From: Mobula hypostoma
Taxonomy: Eukaryota
Direction: 5' to 3'
NCBI RefSeq assembly: GCF_963921235.1
Contig: NC_086108.1
Span: 82,212,001-82,276,000, forward strand
DNA length: 64,000 nucleotides
The translations under genes and the position numbers were made by a program. The first letter of the stretch is position 1. The number at the start of each line of letters is the position of its first letter. Shown here one piece after another: positions 1 through 12,825 of the stretch. Under the pieces are notes generated by a model. That model did not search any database. It was not told the origin of the DNA and saw only the letters and a list, made by a program, of their open reading frames with translations.

Positions 1-630
1 TGCTTCCTTTGTCACTTGTGTGAGGCTTCTGTGCTCTTGCATGCATGGTCCTGAGGTTCTCAATATTATCCCAAATGCTCCTTATCTACTTTTAGCGGTT
101 CAGAGATCCCTGGAATTTAGTGTGTGTGGCTTTTCCACAGAGGCTTTGAAAACCTGCTTTACCCTCCCCTGCCTGCTATTTGCTCTTTTCCCACAACAGA
201 CTTAAAAGAGATTGCCTGTCTGAGGAGTCTGTTATCGGACACATGAATGACATGGCCTGCCAAACTTTGCTAGTGAATGTAACTAGAACCTCAGTACTGG
301 TGATGTTGGCCTGAGAGAGGAGACCAACGTTAGTTCCATGATTCTGACAGTGAATTTGGAGCACATTGCAGAGACAGCATTGGTGTTATTTTTGAAATGC
401 CTTGAGATGGTTGCTGAAGATATTTGAGAATGTGGAAGCACGTGGGATGTCGGGGATTACTGCTGCCTGGTAGACCATGAGCTTCATGCTAGGTCTGCGT
501 TCTTGCCCTTTGAATATCCTTTTGCTGACACAGGGAAGCTAGTGGTGAATTTCATCATCAGTGTCTGCCTTTTACTGAGAGGTGACCCCTGAGGTATGGG
601 AACAAGTTCACATTTTCCAGGTCTCACCAT

Positions 631-1440
631 CAATGTTCCCTCTAATTTGTAATGACCAGTGTGCACAAAAATCTTGTGCTGTGCAATTTTTTGCCCAGTG
701 GCAACATGTGCACACTGAATTTTTAAGTGGAAGTAAACCTGAAGCTATTCTAAGAATAATAAACCACCAAGTCCAGTTTGTTGTTCATTGTTTAAAACAA
801 ATAAAATAACTGTCAATAAGAACATTGATCTCCTCTGGGTTTGATCATTTTCACATTCGTTCATCTGCATTCTCACAAAACATATGTAGCAGGCCTGTAG
901 TGAGTAATGAAGGATTTTCTCACTGAAGTTTTTGCACACTGTCCATATGTGATTTGCTTGCTAAATGATGCTTTAAAAAGTCAAGTTTCCAAATACTACT
1001 CCACTTCTTCCCACTTGCAAATTCTCCAGCAACTTTTGCATCATGACAAAACACTCAGGTAACACCAGTTTCTGTATTGTACAGAAATATTTCTCATAGC
1101 TGCATGCTCCTGACCTCATGAGCTTTGGGTGCAGCAGTTTCTACTGTTTCATTAAGCCATTCAGCTTTAAATGAACTTGTTCCTTTGTGCTTCACTCCCT
1201 TTGTTTCTTTGGTATTCGACGTAGTGAATCAACAACTTCTTTAATAAAAACAGTATAAATAAGCCAGTTCTAAAATCCACAGACAAAGCATTGCAAACTC
1301 CACGTTGTCAACACTGTCTGCGTCAGAAACCAGAAAAGGAAATGTGATTGTGTATGACTATGAAGTATATTTAACAAGCCCACAAGCTAGAGTGTGACAA
1401 CCTTTTGTGCGCAATTTCCTTTGTGCACTAGCAGCACACC
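631..1440 (-). mobile_element. Degenerate hAT (Tip100/ZNF862-like) DNA transposon fragment
   Basis: Terminus CAATGTTCCCTCTAA at 631. Minus strand ~810-1225 reads ...SSFKAEWLNE...(*)VFCHDAKVAGEFASGKKWSSIWKLDFLKHHLASKSH..., a TTF-type zinc-finger-like N-terminus with stop codons. The right boundary is approximate. Confidence 0.6.
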
Positions 1441-1929
1441 ATAACATAGCTCACCATGAACCTTTATTATCGGGGTGGGGATAGGGAGTTGATGGAATCG
1501 TAGGGGCAGGTTGATAGAGGGCCTTGGCCTTGCCGCTATTGTGTATGCCATTCCTCTCATACTTCAGTGAACAAGCTGATGGCACCAAGGGTAAACATTG
1601 TCTGCATGCTACAGCTCGAGCACTGACCTAGATTATGGAGTGTAGTTGCTGTAGTTCTGAAGACTTGTAGCACTCCCACAGGAAGTTTATAGGAGAAGAA
1701 GTGCAACATAGTGGCACGAAAGACTGAAAATATTGTAATGAGGATTCCTAGACTGCAGTGATCAAAAGTTAACATTTAATAAGCTTAGTTCATATCAAAT
1801 ATGCTGATTCACCTACATATGTTATTCCATGTAATGCATTTCATGGTAAGCCAGACAAGAAATTGACATTAACCAGCCAGTGAAATGCATGATGAGGAAG
1901 CCAATGGAGGAGCAGCAGATCTTTCATAC

Positions 1930-2280
1930 AAACTTATGAAAGATATACAAAATTATGTGGTGTACGATTAGGGTAAATTTAAGCAGGCTTTTTTCCACTC
2001 AGGTGGGGTGGAGACTCGAACTAGAGGTCATAGATGAAAGGTGAAATGTTCAAGTGGAACCTGAGGGGGAGTTTCTTCACCCAGAGTGTGGAACAAGCTG
2101 CTAATGGAAGTTGTAGATGTGCATTCGATTTCAACATCTAAGAGAAATTTCGATACGTAGTGGATGGGACGGTTATGTAGGGCATATCGATGGGACTAGA
2201 TAAGTTAATAGTTTGCACAGACTAGATGGGCTGAAGGGCCTGTTTCTGTGCTGCAGTGTTCTATGACCCTACGACTCTAA
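1930..2280 (+). mobile_element. CR1-type LINE 3' tail fragment
   Basis: Contains TRGHR...NLRGSFFTQSV-like sequence and the tail GGGCTGAAGGGCCTGTTTCTGTGCTG, which recurs at ~9865-9895. Confidence 0.7.
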
Positions 2281-2527
2281 ACCTTTGGATTTCAGGCATC
2301 TGCTCTTGCCTAAATTTTCCACAGCATCTGCCCACCAAGACATGGCTGGTTGTATTAGCCTCACCATCAGCTGGACAGCAATTTAAGGCAAGTGTGTGAC
2401 ATATATGATACATGCAGCTACGATGGAAAAACATAGTTGTCTGTAATATAAATAATTGTGGACTGTTATAGATTATTTGTAAAGCAGGATAATTATTTTC
2501 TGTTATACCTGTGGGCTTAAATTATAA

Positions 2528-2905
<378 letters not shown>

Positions 2906-2954
2906 TGAAGTGTTCATAACAGGATCTTAATCAAAAGGGGGAATTGAAAAATTG

Positions 2955-3423
2955 AACATTGACTTTTCTAACTTCCCTAAGCTAATGCCCCACCTCCCCC
3001 TCGTACCCCATCCGTTATTTATTTATATACACACATTCTTTCTCTCTCTCTCTCTCCTTTTTCTCCCTCTGTCCCTCTGACTATACCCCTTGCCCATCCT
3101 CTGGGTTTTCCCCTCCTCCCCCTTTTCCTTCTCCCTGGGCCTCCTGTCCCATGATCCTCTCGTATCCCTTTTGCCAATCAACTGTCCAGCTCTTGGCTCC
3201 ATCCCTCCCCCTCCTGTCTTCTCCTATCATTTCAGATCTCCCCCTCCCCCTCCCACTTTCAAATCTCTTACTAGCTCTTCCTTCAGTTAGTCTTGACGAA
3301 GGGTCTCGGCCTGAAACGGCGACTGTACCTCTTCCTAGAGATGCTGCCTGGCCTGCTGCGTTCACCAGCAACTTTGATGTGTGTTGCTTGAATTTCCAGC
3401 ATCTGCAGAATTCCTCGTATTTA
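2955..3423 (+). mobile_element. Penelope-like element 3' end/pLTR with mutated hammerhead motif
   Basis: Near-identical to the pLTR at 40330-40733. Flanked by a 13-bp TSD AATTGAAAAATTG (2942-2954 and 3424-3436). Confidence 0.9.
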
Positions 3424-3521
3424 AATTGAAAAATTGTGTTGGAATTTGGTATCTGTTCAAGTTCAAGTTTATTATCATCTGACTGTACATATATAGTAAA
3501 TGAAACAACATTCCTCTAGAC

Positions 3522-4307
3522 TAGTGGTCACCAACCTTTTTAAGCCCAAGATCCCCTACCTCGACCTTAGTGAAAGGCAAGATCTACCTACTAAATCGTT
3601 TAGAGAAAAAACAGCTCAGATTGTACTGCCAATTTGAGGCCTTTTATTTGGGCTAATTGTATTTGAATTACACAAAATACTTTTGTCAAACTTTCAAATT
3701 AATTCAAACAAGAAAACACTGTAATTAGCATATCTTTCTTTAAGAATATTACAATACTTCACACCTTTAATTCTAAGTTTCTTTATTTAATTTTATTTCA
3801 ACACGAAAAATAAATTAATAAAAATTGACTGTTGCACTCAGTGTGATGACTGGGGCTGAATGCTTACTGCCAGTTCTCTGAAATTTGGCTCATAACTACA
3901 GACAGCCAGTCTGAGACAGTCTGTGAGGTGTCTGTCAGTAAGACAGCTCCTGTACTTAGAATTAATAAATTTTCATCTGTGAAAATTCAATTTCACATAG
4001 ATAAGTTAACTGAAGTAGGCACTGACTTTCAGTGCTATAAAACCAACGCGCACACTGCACATTGCTAGGGCCCCATCAGTAGTAATTGCCACCAGTTTAT
4101 GAATGAGGATGTCATTTTCACGGACATATTTTGGTCAATCGCCTCTGATCTGGGCCGACATTTACGTGCCGGGCGGCACCTAATTAATTAGCTTGTTTAT
4201 TTTGGCTTTTTTCTTAAAGATGCGTTGGGTGCGTCCTGGCTACCGCTGCACCCCTGCATGCTTCGCGGCCCAGTATCAATCCGTGGCCCGGAGTTTGGGG
4301 ACCACTG
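3522..4307 (-). mobile_element. Internally deleted hAT-Charlie-type (GTF2IRD2-like) DNA transposon
   Basis: Imperfect TIRs TAGTGGTCACCAAC ... GTTTGGGGACCACTG. The left flank cTCTAGAc fits the Charlie target motif. Minus strand encodes ...SKYRSCLTDRHLTDCLRLAVCSYEPNFRELAVSIQPQSSH* (C-terminal dimerisation region) and a VAITTDGA motif. An end fragment recurs at 4943-5088. Confidence 0.8.
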
Positions 4308-4329
4308 GCCTAAGAGACTGCTTTACAGT

Positions 4330-4710
4330 GAATCACAGAAAGGAAAGTGTTCCCATGGAGGCCAATGGAAGCACTATTAAGACACACTAAAAAGTTCACT
4401 AAAAGCCTTTGGCATCAAACCAGACACATAGGAACATCTCACCCAGGATCGGCTGAGTGACCCTCCATAAGGGTGCAGTGACACATGAGGAAGAAAAAGT
4501 CAATGCAGTCGAGAGACGTAGGCTGGCCAGGAAAGCCCGAGCCAGCGACCCCCAGTCCAATGTGGCTGCCATCTTTTGTTCACACTGCCAAAGAATCTTT
4601 AGTGCATATATTGGCCTCTCCAGCCATCTGTGCACTCACAGACCAGTCCAGCCCCTACAAATCATGGATGGCTAGAGTGGTTCTCATCTTTGCACGATGG
4701 ATGAACGAGG
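4330..4710 (+). mobile_element. RTE-clade LINE 3' fragment
   Basis: GKCSHGGQ.K..KDTLKSSLKAFGI...CSHCQRIFSAYIGLSSHLCTH, the C-terminal C2H2-like end typical of RTE-clade ORF2. Confidence 0.65.
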
Positions 4711-5869
4711 GAAACAGTGAACAGCTCGCTGTCCTGATGACGAGACCTCAGTGGTGGCAGGGTATTCACTAGTCTCACAGGCTGAGAGAAGAAGCTATTG
4801 TCCTGTATGGCTGTCCTGGTCCTGATGCTCCTGTATCTCCTTCCTGTCAGCAGTGGGTCAAGGAGATTGTGGGATGGATGGTAGGGATCCCCAACAATGC
4901 TTCAGTTGAAGATTTGGCAACTGAAAAACATACACAGTAATTCTGAACTGGGCCAACATTTACATGCCAGGCGGCACCTAATTAATTAGCTCGTTTATTT
5001 CGGCTTTTTTCTTAAAGATGTACTGGGTGCATTCCGGCTACCGCTGCACCCCTGCATGCTTCACAGCCCGGTGGTTGGGGACCCACTGCACTACAGCACA
5101 GCAACAGGCCCTTCAGCCCATCTAGTTCATGCCAAACTATTAATCTGTCTATCTCATTGACCTGCACTACAGTTACTCAGCTTCATTACTTTAACAAGAC
5201 CACTTAAAGCCGCAACTCTTCGTCATAGAGAATAAGGGAACAAAGTGCATAGGAACACCACCAACGACAGTTTCGTGTCTAAGTTGCACATGATCCTGAC
5301 TTGGAAATATATCACCTTTCCTCCTTTGTGGCTGGTTCTAGGTCCTGGAACTCTCCAGGGAGTTACTTCATGAGAAAAATCTTAGTAGTTTGTGAAGGTA
5401 GTTCTCTAGTGCAGTTGGGCATGTGCAATAAATAGCATCAGTGAAGTAAGCACCCTCCAGTAAAATGAAGAAAAATACATAGAACTGAAATAGACATAAA
5501 AGATTCTGCAGATGCTGGAAATCCAGAGTAAAATGCTGGAGGAACCCAGCAGGCCATACAGCATCTATGGAAATGAATTAAACAGTTGATGCTTTAGACC
5601 GAGCCCCCTCAATAGAACTGAAGGATATCAGTAACCTGTCTTCTGGAAGAAAAAGCCAATTACTTTCAATGTGTGATTTTGAAAAGATGTGATTCACTAG
5701 AAAGAGGGAAAGAGAAAGAGGTTGATAGCTTATAATAAAAGATTGGCAAATCAAATGGCAGAGAAAGGAGATAGTTCCCATGAAGAGGAAAGCTTGTGCT
5801 GTCAAAGCCAGATTTTATTATAGGTAATTAAATGAAATCTAAAATCTGTCAGTTTCAAAATGGAGTACA

Positions 5870-6920
5870 AAGGCAAAGTTTGCAAGTGTTTCACCTTGTT
5901 TAAGAAAGGGGAAGGTGATAAATGTTGCAATGAAAGGCCAGTCAGGCCTGTGCTGATAATAGAGCAACTTTCAAATTTATTGACGTGCTGGTGGTACGTG
6001 AATTAACATTTGGGTAATTTCTGAAAGTTAGTATGGATTTCTCAATGACAGCTCATATTTGAGAAATTTCATTCAGTTAGTAAATGAAGTAACAAGATAG
6101 AGTGGGCAAGACCACTGACAAAATGTCAATAGAATTTTGAAATGTATGTGGTCAAGTGCCATATAATAAATGCTAGAAACAGTGGAAGAATGGGGTTCTG
6201 GATAATAAAGGGAAAAAATATAATAAGTATATTAAAGAGGTGGATGTAGACACTGGGATGTGGTTACTAAACCTGTGGATGAGATAATCAGGAAAGTAAG
6301 TTATGGAGGATTAGGAAGTTACAAAGGCATAATCAAGAGGTTAAGAAAATGCAACAAATGGAAGACGATGTGAAATGGAGAAATATGCAAATACCATTTT
6401 ACTAGGGAAAATATTCTAATGGTGAGAGAATACTAATCACTAAGACAGAGGAGGATCTGATTGCCCTAATGCATGATTTGCAGAAGGCAATTTAAAGGCA
6501 CAGCATTAATTTAGCAATGCCTTTAGACATCATTGTCGAATGTGGGAGGAACTCAATACAAACCGTGAGAGCCTTTTTTTGTTCTGTTGATGAGACTATA
6601 GTACTGTGTACAGTATTGGTCTTTTGATTTCAGAAAGGACATTCATTTCTTTAAAGTAAACCAGAGAAGGCTTACTGGATCTAGAATGGGTGGGATGTTT
6701 CTTGAATGAATGCTGAAGTGGCTAGGCATGTATCTCTCTGGTGGACTTCAGAAAAGCATGTGGTGACTTGACTGGAACATAAAATCCTGAGGGGTTTTGA
6801 TCAGGAGATATGGAGAGGATGTTTCCTCAAAGAGTTAAAAACTAAAGCTGCTGAGAAAGATTGTGTCACCAATTCAAGGCAGAGATGAGTTGAAGTCTTT
6901 GAAATTCTGTTCCTGAAAGA
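5870..6920 (+). mobile_element. Old, heavily decayed CR1 LINE ORF2 fragment
   Basis: Remnants of the V(S/T)PLFKKG, GFxxxxSxL and YCVQYWS RT/C-terminal motifs, with many stops. Confidence 0.55.
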
Positions 6921-6968
6921 GCAGTGGTAAGAGGGTAAGTGTGATAAGAAGGTAAGAGCGGTAGGTGC

Positions 6969-7215
6969 CTATCTATCTATTTATTTATTTTGAGATACGG
7001 CATGGTAAATGGCCCTTCCAGCCCAACGAGTCTGCACCACCCAGTTACACTCATGTGACCAATTAACCTATTGACCCATACAGCTTTGCACTGTGGGAGG
7101 AAACTGGGACACCTGAAGGAAACCCATGTGGTCACAGGGAGAACATACAAGCTCCTTACAGTCTGCAGAGGGAATTGAACCTGAATTACTGCCGCTGCAA
7201 TAACCGTTACGCTAT
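6969..7215 (-). mobile_element. tRNA-derived V-SINE (HE1-like)
   Basis: Minus strand has a B-box GGTTCAATTCC, the V-domain-like GTTTCCT...CAGTTTCCTCCCAC and an (AAAT)n tail. Confidence 0.75.
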
Positions 7216-8374
7216 TGTGACTATTTCTAAGGCAGCTGCAGAAAGATACTTGAGCAGCAAGGGGGTGAAAGGTTACGGTGATAATGTGGAGTTGAAATGG
7301 TAATCGTTAGGTGTGATTTTGTTTACTGGAAGGGGAGGTTTGAGGGGCCGAGGGGCCCGCTGCTGACCTTCATTCATCTGACTATATGGCAGTCTTTTGA
7401 AACAGGTAGAATTCTGTGTCTATAAGTTGATTATGACCAGTTTATATGTGCTGATATAAATTTGGCGGGGTGACGGGTGGGGAGAAACAAAGAGTTGGTG
7501 GTTCCCCAGAAAATGGGATTGACCAGGAAGATGTTTGAAATGGCATTTTGAAAGATCACAGCCAAATGGGGCCTACAGTTTCTGATGAGGCTACATTCTG
7601 TTAACTAACACCTTCTAACAGCGGTAACAACCCTTAGAGATAAACACTCTTCTGGGAGCCAGGCAGTAACAAAATGCACTACAACTACAGTGAAGTGGAA
7701 AGAGGAGACAGCAGATGAGTGGGAAAGGGCCTCTAAGTATAGTGAAAGAGACTAAACCTTCTTGTTAGTGAAACGAATGGCAGGCTGTAGGCTCAATGTG
7801 ACAGAAAGGGGCCTGGAGGCACGATATGGTCAAGGAAACGAGGGCCTGGCAGAGGACAGAGGACAGCCCCTACTGTCTCATCCAGGTGTGAGAATCCCCT
7901 TTTAGTTGAGCAATGCACAGTCAAATTTCACAAGGTGACCATGGACGTTTACAGTAGAAGAGCATGGGCAACAATCTTTCTGCAGATTGTCACATATCTC
8001 AGTGACAACACCTTAAAAAGTCTGAGCCTGCCAATAAGTTGCTCATCGGGGTGTTTAGGGTAGGATGAGGCATACTCTGAGAGTAGGCATATTGCAGATG
8101 GGTACGTCTCTGCCTCCAGCCTCAACCCATCCTGTATAACCAGTCATTGCCATAAAAAAGACCCAAGACATGGCAGATGCTAGATTCTGGAGCAACAAAC
8201 AATCTTCTGGAGGAACTTAACGTGTTGAGCTGCACCTGCAGGGGGAGAGGAATTGTCAACGTTTTGTGTCAAAACCCCATATCTGATTTGGAACACTCCT
8301 CTATCTTGAAAACAGATAGAATGTGACATTTAAACAACTCTTACATATACATCTAATTTCTTTCTCTTTCGTGA

Positions 8375-8572
<198 letters not shown>

Positions 8573-9241
8573 TGATGGGTGTGTGATAGGTAAATGTGAT
8601 GTATAACAAGTCAGGAAAGAAGGTATAGTGCCTAATGCCAGGGAAACACTGGCACCACTGGAATTGCCTGGTCTAACTTCACCTGGAAGGTACCTACTCT
8701 GACACTTTGGAAAGGATTTTGACAGTGGAACTGCACAACTTATGATGCCTTTCCATTTGCTCTTGAATTTCCTCATCATCTTCCTTCCTCTGCCTTACCC
8801 TTCACTCTTTCAGAAACCAACTACAGTATTGTAAGCATCTGCAAATGGATTTTGATAAATTAGGGTATGGGTGAATATGGCAAACTAGATTAACATATGA
8901 ATGTGTGAGGTAACTGATTGCTGATGGCTTGCTATCCAAAGGTCAGGTAAACAGAAAAGTGAAATCACAAGAAATCAAAAATAGAGATTGGTAATTGGGT
9001 TATGAGACTTCAGCATGTTAGAGAAAAGAAATAAGGAATTGAGATAAAGCAAGGATTTATGAGAAAATTAAATGGGAGGCACTGGGGTACAGGAAGCTAA
9101 TGGTAACCTCACTGATGAACAAATGAGATGGGATGAGAGTTTGCAAACTGCGGAAGATTTAATTCTGTTTGCAAAGTGTGCTCTTACTCTATATAGTTTT
9201 ACTTCCACTAATATTTTTACTTGTCACATTTCTTTCTCCAG

Positions 9242-9394
9242 GTGTCTATAAAACAATATATTCATGACCTCGAGCGTGTTAAGATGGGTCAGAGTGGTGT
9301 GCCAAACAGACAGCTGCTATCCAGAGCAAAAACTGATTTGGATTTAATATTGCTTGTCTGCCCCTGTCTGAAAATTTACCTGGATATGGGACAG
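9242..9394 (+). CDS. TTC22: TTC22 exon (153 nt): VSIKQYIHDLERVKMGQSGVPNRQLLSRAKTDLDLILLVCPCLKIYLDMGQ
   Basis: tttctccag acceptor and CAG|gtgagc donor, in phase with the neighbouring exons. Confidence 0.95.
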
Positions 9395-9489
9395 GTGAGC
9401 ATTGACATTTCACATTTCAGTTTTTTCCAGTGGTGGCGGAGAGGCACCTAGGTCGGCGCCGACAGGATCTATTTTAGTTCACTCACTGA

Positions 9490-9915
9490 CTAGTTAGGAC
9501 GAGGTTACAACTTTACTCCTTGGGACGTAGAAGATTGAGGGGAGATTTGATAGAGGTATGTGAAATTATGAGAGATATAGATAGGGTAAATGCTAGCAGG
9601 CTTTTCCCACTGAGGTTGGGTTGGACTACAACTAGAGATTAAGGGTGAAAGGTGCAAAGTTTAAGGGGAACATGAGGGGAAATTTCTTCTCTCAGAGAGT
9701 TGTGAGAGTGTGGAGTGAACTACTGGTGCAAGAGGTGCATGCGAGCTTGATTTCAATGCTTAAGGGAAGTTTGGATAGGTACATGGATGATAGGGGCATG
9801 GATGGGCATGGTCTGGGTGCAGGTTGATGGAACTAGGCATTTAAATGGTTCAGCAGAGACTAGATGGGCTGAAGGGCTTGTTTCTGTGCTGTACTTTTCT
9901 ATGGCTCTATGATTG
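9490..9915 (+). mobile_element. CR1 LINE 3' end
   Basis: RRLRGDLIEV...NFFSQRVVRVWSEL C-terminal CR1 ORF2 motif plus tail. Confidence 0.8.
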
Positions 9916-10302
9916 CCTCTTTAGAGTACTTTATAACCTAATCCATTCAGCTTGAGCAAACCAAATTCATGGGGCGTAAAATCAGATGGATTGTGAGAAG
10001 TTCTTAAGCCTACCTTATCTCGCTGGTGAGATTATTTAAATTCTGTGATATGAATGCAGAACTGAGAAACCATAAATTAGTGATAAGGAAAATTGAAATT
10101 TGCCACTGCTGGTGGCTGAGACTGGTATTATGATTAATTAATAACAGGCAGAAGTACTCCTGCAAATCAGTACCTTAAAGTGATGCCTAGCAAATGCTAT
10201 TCATAGACTGTGATCTACTCACGTGAACTCCCTGATATCCATTATTCCTGGTAATCTCATTGTCTCTGGTGGGAGAGTAACCTATTTCTGTTTTGTTGAC
10301 AG

Positions 10303-10800
10303 GTATATTACTACATGGGTGTCGATGCCGTGCAGGAACTCCAGCCTGTGGATGAAAATGCTCTAAACAGTGCCTTAATGTTTTTTGCTAAAGCAATGGA
10401 ATATGACCTTGGAGACACTCTGCCTGAGATCCACTTCCTGAGAGGAAAATGCTTACAGGTCAAAGGTGAGTTACACAATGCAGTTGAATGCTTCAAGCGG
10501 GCAATCGAACTGGATGATGTAGGCTCCCAGTTCTCCGAGAGCTTCCGTCGTCTCATGGAGTCGTTGCTGTCACTGTTCATCCAGGGAGGCTCCAGTGAGG
10601 AGACTATAATCCAGGAGGTGGAAGAGTGGGTGGCAAAGGCTGAGGCAAAGTATCAGACAGAGAGGGTCAAACAGGAATTGCGCACTGTGTGTCGAAATCA
10701 TATGCCAAAGGCTTTACAACTCTCCAGGGCTATGATTACAGCTGGGAAGCTGCAACTTGTAAAGTTACTGTTGGAAATAATGAGCTCTGAACATACCTGA
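10303..10800 (+). CDS. TTC22: TTC22 terminal coding exon (VYYYMGVDAVQEL...EIMSSEHT*)
   Basis: gttgacag acceptor. YYYMGVDAVQEL..VDE.ALN.AL...LPE...LRGKCL..KGE..NA..CFKRA.ELDD matches the TTC22 C-terminus. TGA stop at 10798-10800. Confidence 0.96.
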   Translation, partial: VYYYMGVDAVQELQPVDENALNSALMFFAKAMEYDLGDTLPEIHFLRGKCLQVKGELHNAVECFKRAIELDDVGSQFSESFRRLMESLLSLFIQGGSSEETIIQEVEEWVAKAEAKYQTERVKQELRTVCRNHMPKALQLSRAMITAGKLQLVKLLLEIMSSEHT

Positions 10801-11029
10801 GCTAATAAGTACTTGAACAAAGCACTGAGTTGTGAGAAGACCTTCTCTGCAAGTCCACATAAAGGCGGTATTTGATCCTGATGGGCTCGTGCCAATTCTC
10901 TCTGCTTTTTATGGCAGAAGAAACAAACTCTGGATGGGCTGGTAGCTAATTACAATCTCATGTTTCCACAATCATTTTACCTTTCTGATGAGTGAGCAGC
11001 AAAATGTTTCATGCTTCTGGGATATAATG

Positions 11030-11128
11030 TCTTGAAGAAGGGTCTCGGCCCGAAACATCAACTGTTCATTCATTTCCATGGATGCTGCCTGACCTGCTGA
11101 GTTCCTCCAGCATTTTGTGTGCGTTGCT
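11030..11128 (+). mobile_element. 99-bp Penelope-like 3' tail insertion with degenerate hammerhead, ~230 nt after the TTC22 stop
   Basis: Flanked by a 12-bp TSD TGGGATATAATG (11018-11029 and 11129-11140). Contains TTGAAGA-agggtctcggccc-GAAACATC. Confidence 0.85.
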
Positions 11129-11409
11129 TGGGATATAATGCATTCAAACTACCTCAACATTGTGTTATATTCAAACTGAGTCAATACAAAATCCTGAATA
11201 GGTAGAAAGTTAAAATAAAACTTGACCTCCCAGCCTCCCAAAGAACAACTTGATTTCTGATAAAACTGATGCAGTACTAAGTTTTGTTATTGACATCTAA
11301 TGAAGAGAATGGATTTGAAATGAGATAGGAACAGGCATGATCTTTACATGCTCAGAGCATGACATGGAACTTTGATACTTTGTGTCAACCTACAATACCT
11401 TGTGTAGAA

Positions 11410-11915
11410 GATTCAGAATCAAGTTTATTGCCACTGGTATTAGTCATAAAATCCTGTTGTTTCGTGGCAGCAGTACAGTTATAATAAAAAAACAGTGTGA
11501 GAGAGGAATAGTGAGGTAGTATTCATGGATTGTTCAGAAGTCTGATGGCAAAGAGGAATAAGATGTTCCTAAAATGTTGAATGTGGATCTCCAGGTTCCT
11601 GTACCACCTACCGGATAGTATTAATGAGAAGAGGGGATGTTCCAGATGGTGAGATGCTTTCTGATTCATCGGCCTCTGAACGTGTCCTCCGTGGTGGGGA
11701 GACTTGTTCCCGTGATGGAGTTCGCTAAGTCTACAACCCTCTGAAGCCTCTTACAGTCCTGTGCATCAGTGTCTCCGTACCATGCCTTTGTCATGATGGC
11801 GTCAGTATGGTGGGCCCAGGATAAATCCTTTGAGATGCTGATGCCCATGAAATTGAAATTGCTCACCTTTCCAGCACTGACCCCTTAATGAGGGTTTGTG
11901 TGTTCTCCCAAATGC
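11410..11915 (-). mobile_element. Rex1/Babar-type LINE 3' fragment
   Basis: FNFMGISISKDLSW...AQDCKRLQRVVDLANSITGTSLPT on the minus strand. Confidence 0.7.
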
Positions 11916-11919
11916 CACA

Positions 11920-12825
11920 GGAGAGAGCAGGACATAGAGCAGCTGCAGATATAGGTGGAGAAATTGTAGATAGAGTTCAATCATGTCAAATGTGAGGTAT
12001 TGCACTTTGGGAGATCAAATGCAAAGGGACAGCATACTGTTACTGGCAAGACCCTTAATAGTGCTGAGGTTCAATGCGCTCTAGGGGTCACTGTACCTCA
12101 ATACATGTGACAGTAATAATCTAATTTACCAGCTTATCAGTTTACCAAGTCCTGAAAGTGGCTGCACATGTTGATAGGGTGTTAAAGAAGGCGTGTGGCA
12201 TGCTTGCCTTAATTAATCATGCCACTGAGTTCGAGAGTTGGGAAATTATGTTGTAGCTTTGCAAGATTCTAGTTAGGCCATATCTGGAGTATTACATTCA
12301 ATTCTTGTCGCCCCATTTTAGGAAGGATATGGAGGCTTTTTGAAGGTGCAGAAGGCATTCACCAGTATGCTGCCTGGATAAGAGGGCATGTTCTACGCGG
12401 AGAGGTGGAACAAACCTGGATTATTTTCTCTGGAGCAGCAGAGGCCAAGGGGAAGTTTATAAGATTATAAGAGGCATAGATGGAGTAGACAGCCAGTATC
12501 TTTTCCCCACAGTTGAATGTCTAATACCAGAGGGCATGCATTTAAGTTGATGGGGGTAAGTTCAAAGAAGATGTGTGGGACAATTATTTCACACAGAGCG
12601 GGGAGTGCCTGGAATGTGCTGCTATAAGTGGTGGTGAAGGTGAATACAATGGAGGTGCTCGAGGCTCTTGGGTAGGGACAGAAATGTGCAGACAATGGGA
12701 GGATATGGACAATGGGTAGACACAGAGGTTAGTATAGTTAGGCATTTGATTACTAGGCAGGTAATTTGGCACAGCATCATGGACCAAAGGGCCAGTTCCT
12801 GTTCTATTTTATGTTCTATATCCAA
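11920..12825 (+). mobile_element. CR1 LINE 3' fragment
   Basis: KCEVLHFG, LVRPYLEY..QF.SPH.RKD and TRGH motifs plus a CR1 tail. Confidence 0.75.

Noticed and set aside
10985-11010. CTGATGAG as another hammerhead or SECIS-like element after the TTC22 TGA
   Set aside because: There is no matching GAAA box or pairing stems. The TGA falls at the expected TTC22 C-terminus, so there is no support for selenocysteine read-through.
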